Origin: Candidatus Latescibacterota bacterium
Lineage (GTDB): Bacteria > Latescibacterota > UBA2968 > UBA8231
Direction: 5' to 3'
Assembly (NCBI GenBank): GCA_965242865.1
Contig: CBDETK010000013.1
Location: 1,696,001 to 1,760,000 of the forward strand
Length of the DNA stretch: 64,000 nucleotides
Both the position numbers and the translations under genes were made by a program. The notes under the pieces were generated by a model that saw nothing but the letters and a program-made list of their open reading frames with translations, was not told the origin of the DNA and searched no databases. Below are positions 56,302-64,000 of the stretch, one piece after another. How positions within the stretch are numbered: position 1 is the stretch's first letter; each line of letters begins with the position of its first letter.

Positions 56302-57564
56302 TCAGCGGAGCAACAACTGGTTTAGCGGCAGGGCAATAACGCGGGACGACAAAACCTTGGGGGCCGGGCACGGACAGGCAACCACGCCGAAGGACGCGGC
56401 CTCGTAAGTATCGAGAAAAGCATTTAATCCGACCAAATCCCGGCTCGATGGCCTGGGGGTGGCCTTCACTTCCACGGGCATAAGCCGCTGGCCGGTTTCA
56501 ACGACAAAATCCACTTCGCGACCGTCGGCCGTGCGCCAGTGCGTTATATGGAGCCTCGGCGCGTGTAGCCCCGCCCAGATCAGCAGGTGATTGCCCACCC
56601 AATTTTCTAGCCAAAAGCCCCATTCCCGTCCCCTCACCAAGCTATCCGAGTCCGGTATGCCGGCCAAATGAGCCGCCAGTCCGGTATCGGTCCACAGCAG
56701 TTTAGGTGCTTTGATCAAGCGTTTGCCGCGGTTGACGGCGTAGGCGGGTACTCGGGTCAATTGAAAAGAAAGTTCTAACAGATTGATATAGCGGCGGGCT
56801 GTGGCCGCGGCGAGGCCGGCGTCTGAGGCGAGGGACGCTATGTTGAGCAACCGGCCATTATGGACCGCGCACAACTGCATGAGCCGGCGGAATTCCATCA
56901 ATTGGTCAATGGCCGATAATTGGCGCAGGTCGCGCTCCAGATACGTCTGGACGTATCCGTCGAACCAGCGCACCCGAAACCCCGCGTCCTCGGCCAAGGC
57001 CGGCACGGGATAGCCCCCGGCCCATACCGCTTCTTGCAAGGGCCTGTCCGGGGTTGGAACGCTAGAGGGCAAGGCGCGCACGACTTGGTCCATGGTCTCT
57101 TGTGCAATGAGAAGGTCCAGCGTCTGGCCGTACCCACACTCCTCGATCTCGGCCCAAGTCAGCGGCGGCAGGGAAAAATAGACTGCCCGTCCGGCCAAGG
57201 TCTCGGCCACCCGCTCCATCAAGAGCAGATTGGCCGAACCCGTGAGCAAAAAGCGGCCGGTCTGACGCCGGCGATCTACGTCGGCCTTTATGGCCAGCAG
57301 CAGGTCGGGTTGGCGTTGGATTTCGTCGAGGGTGATGTGATCCCGGCCGATGAACAGGGCCGCTGGATCGCTCTGGGCCACATCGCGTACATCAAAGTCG
57401 TCGAGGGAGAGGAAGGTGCGCCCTTGGCATATAGGAGCCCCTTGAACCAAGGTGGTCTTGCCGGTCTGACGCGCCCCATGCACGACGACGACGGGGTATT
57501 GGGTCAGGACTTGGGCCAATATCGGACGTTGTAAGCGGGGCTTTATCTTCTGCAAATCGACCAT
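56302..57564 (-). CDS. AAA_14 ATPase with DUF4143 (PD-(D/E)XK) domain
   Basis: GARQTGKTTL, DEIQ, LTGSA, LAGR, EVDFVV..PVEVK. Confidence 0.93.
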   Translation of the reverse strand: MVDLQKIKPRLQRPILAQVLTQYPVVVVHGARQTGKTTLVQGAPICQGRTFLSLDDFDVRDVAQSDPAALFIGRDHITLDEIQRQPDLLLAIKADVDRRRQTGRFLLTGSANLLLMERVAETLAGRAVYFSLPPLTWAEIEECGYGQTLDLLIAQETMDQVVRALPSSVPTPDRPLQEAVWAGGYPVPALAEDAGFRVRWFDGYVQTYLERDLRQLSAIDQLMEFRRLMQLCAVHNGRLLNIASLASDAGLAAATARRYINLLELSFQLTRVPAYAVNRGKRLIKAPKLLWTDTGLAAHLAGIPDSDSLVRGREWGFWLENWVGNHLLIWAGLHAPRLHITHWRTADGREVDFVVETGQRLMPVEVKATPRPSSRDLVGLNAFLDTYEAASFGVVACPCPAPKVLSSRVIALPLNQLLLR

Positions 57565-57701
57565 GCCTTGAACGATAATTGACCACGATAGAATCGTCAA
57601 TCTACGAAGGAACCGGAGGAGGGACTAGGCGACGAGGGCAAGGACGAAAAGCTCCGGGGGGATGGGGTAAACGGCGCGCCGAGCACGGCGACCGAATGCT
57701 G

Positions 57702-58607
57702 CTAATCGGATTGCCGCTGCCGCAAGCCTTCTTGGAGAAAGACTTCGCGGTTGGGAAAGTTGCCGGGCAGGGTAAAGCCGCCGTCAACGGCGATGAGCTG
57801 GCCGGTCATGTAGGGAATTTGGGTGAAAGCGTAGGCGGCGCAGGCAATGTCTTCGGGGCGTCCGATGCGGCGAATGGGTTGGGAACCCCCGGCCGCCATC
57901 AAACCGTAAATCTCGGCCACGGTGAATTCGCGGCCCGATTGCGGGTCTTCCACGCCCGAAGGGCGGCTCGTCATCGGCGTATCGACGACGCCGGGGCGCA
58001 GGGCGTTGACCGTGATGTTATGAGGCCCGCCGTCGAAGGCCGCCCCCGCGACCACGTGATTGAGGCCGGCTTTGCTGACCCCGTAGGGAATGCGGGTGCT
58101 CTCGGGGGCAACGTCCGAGATGGAGGTGATCAAGAGGATGCTGCGGTGAAGGGGATCGGCTTCTTGCGCGGCTTGGGTCGCCATGCGCTTGAGGGCGCGT
58201 TGAGTCAGCCGGTAGGCCCCCATGAGGTTGAGGCGGAGGACGCGGTCCATCTCCTTGTCGAGGTGCTCGACCGGGGTTTCGCTGAAGCGATAGCGCGCAA
58301 GCTGGCCCTGTTCGTCGGCCACGTAGTTGGCCACGCCGCTGTTGCTGACCGCTACGTCGAGGCGGCCAAAGTGCGCGAAGGCGCGGTCGACCAAGTCGAA
58401 CGGGGCGGCTGGCTGGGCGAGATCGCCTCCGAGGACTAGGGCCTCAACAGCATGCTCGGCGCGAATGGCCGTGGCGACCTGGGCGGCGCGCTCCGCGCCG
58501 GCGTTGTAGTGGACCACCACATCGTAGCCGCGAGCCGCGAATTGGCGGACGATGGCCGCGCCAATCCCGCTCGAAGAGCCCGTGACCAAGCACGCCGGGC
58601 GCGACAA
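57702..58607 (-). CDS. Classical SDR oxidoreductase
   Basis: TGSSSGIG, NSG, YGVSK, PGVVDT, TGQLIAVDGG. Confidence 0.92.
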   Translation of the reverse strand: MSRPACLVTGSSSGIGAAIVRQFAARGYDVVVHYNAGAERAAQVATAIRAEHAVEALVLGGDLAQPAAPFDLVDRAFAHFGRLDVAVSNSGVANYVADEQGQLARYRFSETPVEHLDKEMDRVLRLNLMGAYRLTQRALKRMATQAAQEADPLHRSILLITSISDVAPESTRIPYGVSKAGLNHVVAGAAFDGGPHNITVNALRPGVVDTPMTSRPSGVEDPQSGREFTVAEIYGLMAAGGSQPIRRIGRPEDIACAAYAFTQIPYMTGQLIAVDGGFTLPGNFPNREVFLQEGLRQRQSD

Positions 58608-58610
58608 AGC

Positions 58611-59594
58611 CTACCCTCGCTGGGCCAACACGGTCTCGACGATGCGCTCTTGACTGGGAATAGTCGGCATCTCGAGGGCGGGGCTGAAGGGGATGGGCAC
58701 ATCGGCGGCGCCGAGGCGCAAGACGGGCGCGTCGAGCCAGTCGAATGCCTCGGCGTTGAGGATGGAAGCGAGCTCGGCCGTGGTGCCGTAGCGCTCAACG
58801 CCTTCGTCGATCACCACCGCGTAGCCGGTTTTGCGCACCGAGGCGAGCAAGGTGGCTTTATCTAGCGGTACGAGGGTGCGCGGATCGACGACCTCGGCTT
58901 CTAGCCCTTGGGCAGCGAGCTCTTCTGCGGCCGCGAGGGCGACGCCGACCATGCTAGAGGTGGCGACGAGGGTCAGGTCCGTGCCGGCGCGTTTGATCTC
59001 GGCTTGGCCAAAGGGGATGAGGAAGTCGTCGTCGTCGGGCACCGGGCCGGAGTCGTTGTACATCATCTTGTCTTCAAAAAAGAGCACCGGGTTGTCGTCG
59101 CGAATTGCGGTCTTGAGCAGGCCCTTGGCGTCGCGCGGCGTGGCCGGGATGGCGACTTTGAGCCCGGGAATGTGGGCAAACAGCGCGTGCAAGCTCTGGG
59201 AGTGCTGGGCGGCCGAAGAGCGCCCGGCCCCCATCGACAACCGGATCGTCAGCGGCACCTTGCACTGGCCGCCCGACATGTAGCGAATTTTGGCCGCCTG
59301 ATTGACGATCTGGTCCATGGTCAACAGGGAAAAGTCGCCGAACATCAGCTCGCACAGCGGGCGCATGCCGGTCATGGCGGCGCCGACGCCGAGGCCGATA
59401 TAGCCGGCCTCGGCAATGGGGGTGTCGATGACGCGCTCCGCGCCGAACTCCTCAAAGAGGCCCTCGCAGCACTTGAAGATACCGCCCGAGGCCCCCACGT
59501 CCTCGCCCATGACAAAGACGGTCGCGTCGCGCCGCATCTCCTCGGCCGTGGCGCGGCCGATCGCTTCTCTAAACAGCATGTCCCGATCAGGCAT
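58611..59594 (-). CDS. 2-oxoacid/acetoin dehydrogenase E1 beta subunit
   Basis: GEDV, DTPIAE, AQHSQ, DAKGLL, EVVDPRTL. Confidence 0.95.
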   Translation of the reverse strand: MPDRDMLFREAIGRATAEEMRRDATVFVMGEDVGASGGIFKCCEGLFEEFGAERVIDTPIAEAGYIGLGVGAAMTGMRPLCELMFGDFSLLTMDQIVNQAAKIRYMSGGQCKVPLTIRLSMGAGRSSAAQHSQSLHALFAHIPGLKVAIPATPRDAKGLLKTAIRDDNPVLFFEDKMMYNDSGPVPDDDDFLIPFGQAEIKRAGTDLTLVATSSMVGVALAAAEELAAQGLEAEVVDPRTLVPLDKATLLASVRKTGYAVVIDEGVERYGTTAELASILNAEAFDWLDAPVLRLGAADVPIPFSPALEMPTIPSQERIVETVLAQRG

Positions 59595-60597
59595 ATATAT
59601 CCTCAAAGGCTTGTTCTGGCGGAGGGAAGGGCGATTCTTTGCCGAATTCGATGGCGTCGAGGACCGCGCGCTCCACTTGCTCGTACAGGGCGTCGAGCTC
59701 GGCCTGCTTGGCGACCCGGTTGGCGATCATGTATTGGCCCAACAGGCGAATGGGGTCTTTGTTCTCAGACCACCAGCCGACCTCGTCGCGGGTGCGGTAG
59801 GTCTGGGCGTCGCCGACGTGATGGCCGTGGTAGCGGTAGGTTTTGGCTTCGATCAGGCTCGGGCCGTCGCCCTGGCGCGCCTTGGCCACGGCGGCGGTTA
59901 CTTTTTCGTACATCTCCAGCACATCGGCGCCGTCGGCGATGACCCCTTTGAGGCCGAGGCCCTGGGCGCGGTCGGCGATGTCGGTGACGCCGGTGACGCT
60001 CTCGTAGGGCGTGTGCTCGCCGTATTGGTTGTTCTCGCAGACGTAAATCACCGGCAGGTTCCAGATTACGGCCATGTTGATCGTTTCGAGCATGATGCCT
60101 TGGTTGGCCGCGCCGTCGCCGAAGAAGCAGACGCCCACCTGATCGGTCCCCCGCAGCTTGGCCGAGAGGCCCGCGCCCGTGCAGATGCCAAAGCCGCCCC
60201 CGACGATGCCATTGGCCCCGAGGATGCCCACGGACATATCGGCGATGTGCATGGAGCCGCCCTTGCCGCGGCAATAGCCGGCCTCCTTGCCCATGATTTC
60301 GGCCATCATGCGGTCGAGCTGGCCCCCCTTGGCTAGGCAATGGCCATGCCCGCGGTGGGTGCTGGTGATGTAGTCGGAATCGCGGAGGGCCGCGCAAGCC
60401 CCGACGGCCACGCCTTCCTCCCCGATGTAGAGGTGGGCTAGGCCGGGCATCAGGCCGCGGGTATAGACGTCCCAGACGTGTTCTTCAAACAGGCGGATCT
60501 CCGACATTTTGCGGTACATAAACCACAGTTTGTCGGGCGCGGCCCGGAGCTTGGTTTTTTTGGCTTTTGCTTTGGGTTTTTTGCGGGCAGTTGGCAT
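59587..60597 (-). CDS. 2-oxoacid/acetoin dehydrogenase E1 alpha subunit
   Basis: THRGHGH, GKGGSMH, GDGA..NN TPP motif, TYRYHGH. Confidence 0.95.
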   Translation of the reverse strand: MPTARKKPKAKAKKTKLRAAPDKLWFMYRKMSEIRLFEEHVWDVYTRGLMPGLAHLYIGEEGVAVGACAALRDSDYITSTHRGHGHCLAKGGQLDRMMAEIMGKEAGYCRGKGGSMHIADMSVGILGANGIVGGGFGICTGAGLSAKLRGTDQVGVCFFGDGAANQGIMLETINMAVIWNLPVIYVCENNQYGEHTPYESVTGVTDIADRAQGLGLKGVIADGADVLEMYEKVTAAVAKARQGDGPSLIEAKTYRYHGHHVGDAQTYRTRDEVGWWSENKDPIRLLGQYMIANRVAKQAELDALYEQVERAVLDAIEFGKESPFPPPEQAFEDIYA

Positions 60598-60661
60598 GTA
60601 CGCTATCTCCGGCAAGGCTCGGTGGGGAAAAAAATAAGCGGGGTGGGTCCACTAGCGTCAA

Positions 60662-60708
60662 GCGCGAAAAAGCCGGGAAACCCCTAAGGCGTCCCGGCTT
60701 TTTCGCGC
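60662..60708. terminator. Intrinsic terminator-like hairpin downstream of the ferredoxin gene
   Basis: GCGCGAAAAAGCCGGGA...TCCCGGCTTTTTCGCGC. Confidence 0.75.
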
Positions 60709-60722
60709 AAAGAGCGAGCGGC

Positions 60723-61037
60723 CTAGCTGGTTTTTTCAAATTCGGCCGCGTGTTCCTGCTTCCACTGGTTCCATTCGTCGGCGTCGTTGCGCAGCTCAAA
60801 GTACTTGGTGTTGATCTCGACGAAGCGGCTTTGGTCATCGGGCACATCCTCTTCGGCGAAGATCGCCTCGACCGGGCACTCTGGCTCGCAGGCCCCGCAA
60901 TCGATGCACTCGTCTGGATCGATGTAGAGCATGGGTTCGTCGCCGCCGTCGATTGGATGGATGCAATCGACGGGGCAAACCTCGACGCAAGCCTTGTCTT
61001 TGACGTCGATGCAGGTTTCGGTGATGTAGTAAGCCAT
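60723..61037 (-). CDS. 7Fe (3Fe-4S/4Fe-4S) ferredoxin
   Basis: C..D.ACVEVCPVDCI and CIDCGACEPECP. Confidence 0.95.
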   Translation of the reverse strand: MAYYITETCIDVKDKACVEVCPVDCIHPIDGGDEPMLYIDPDECIDCGACEPECPVEAIFAEEDVPDDQSRFVEINTKYFELRNDADEWNQWKQEHAAEFEKTS

Positions 61038-61116
61038 GGGTTCCTCCCAATAAGGTGTTGCTTCTTGGTGCTGTGCGTTGGGAACTATCGCAAAAATACG
61101 GGCCTGTTTGCCTCTG

Positions 61117-61695
61117 TCAAGCGGCGAGATTGCCCAGCAGGGTGGCCGCGTCCGCGTCGGTCTGACAGCGGATTCTCAGGGTGAGGCGCGACTGAGGGGC
61201 TGGGTCGCGCTCTACGGTGCATTCGGCTCCGGCAAAGAGCTGGGCGAGGACCGGGGCGAGCGCGGCCCGCAGGGCGTTTTCGCCGGCCGGGTCGTTGGGT
61301 GCGTTGAGGCGGTCGTTGGCGACGAGGAGCACATCGCCGCTGCGGAATTTTACGGTGCCGGCTAGGCTGGGGTCTTCTTCGAGGCGTCGGCAGGCCGCAA
61401 GGGCCGCTTTGAACGCGCTGGCGAGCCGGTCGGTCAGGGGGCCGTCGGTGGGTTGTTTGCGCGAGTAGAGCAAGCCCAGCTCGGCGCGGTGGTTGTCGAG
61501 GCTGTAGTTGGCTTCGTGGCCGACGAGCAAGGTCAGCGGGCCTTCGGCTAGGTGGCTGTAGTCGGCCACGTCGATGAGCACTTCGCCGGGAGTGGTGGGA
61601 ATCCAACTATTGAAGATGCGAAAGGCCGCTTGGGCCGACAGGGACTCGGGGTCTTTGAGATAGAATTTGACGTTGATGCGCTGTAGGGCTTCCAT
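61117..61695 (-). CDS. Conserved-looking hypothetical protein
   Basis: 192 aa in operon order; LIDVADYSH and NDRL.APN motifs. Confidence 0.75.
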   Translation of the reverse strand: MEALQRINVKFYLKDPESLSAQAAFRIFNSWIPTTPGEVLIDVADYSHLAEGPLTLLVGHEANYSLDNHRAELGLLYSRKQPTDGPLTDRLASAFKAALAACRRLEEDPSLAGTVKFRSGDVLLVANDRLNAPNDPAGENALRAALAPVLAQLFAGAECTVERDPAPQSRLTLRIRCQTDADAATLLGNLAA

Positions 61696-61701
61696 GGCGA
61701 C

Positions 61702-63945
<2,244 letters not shown>

Positions 63946-64000
63946 GCTTAAACCTCTATCGGTTAGCGTCCAATTGAACCTTACTAACATTATGGATTTG

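Overview
GC-rich bacterial chromosomal window. Gene content (FlgD-Ig-type C-terminal domains, several enolase-superfamily enzymes, PhyH, PQQ-type propeller, ankyrin and internalin-like LRR proteins) suggests a Latescibacterota/Gemmatimonadota-like, possibly sponge-associated organism; this is inference only. In order: (1) PaaK-like ligase, flavin halogenase, DUF3311, SSS symporter and GT4 operon; (2) TonB receptor and two tandem ArnT-like paralogs; (3) two enolase-superfamily genes; (4) an uncharacterised envelope module: a protein with a FTPNGDGIND/FlgD-Ig tail, two ~1000-aa paralogous exported proteins and a PPIase lipoprotein, interrupted by MITEs and TA genes, with a frame-preserving 15/16-bp repeat array inside one signal-peptide region; (5) a repeat-dense 33.2-37.2 kb locus with a poly-C leader, two convergent homologous lipoprotein leaders sharing an in-register 26-bp inverted repeat, an ankyrin gene, an HTH/plasmid-origin-like remnant and a 16-bp IR-bounded segment; (6) a truncated AAA ATPase, PhyH, and a methyltransferase plus HNH nuclease; (7) PQQ propeller, ABC exporter and thioesterase; (8) an IS982-like pseudogene; (9) a VIT-vWA protein and two LRR paralogs; (10) transport and metabolic genes (AGCS symporter, SDR, E1 alpha/beta, ferredoxin, sulfite/nitrite reductase). 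No tRNA, rRNA or CRISPR was recognised. The best candidates for undescribed systems are the ankyrin-lipoprotein switch locus, the envelope module and the split halogenase cluster. All family assignments come from motif recognition by eye, not database searches.
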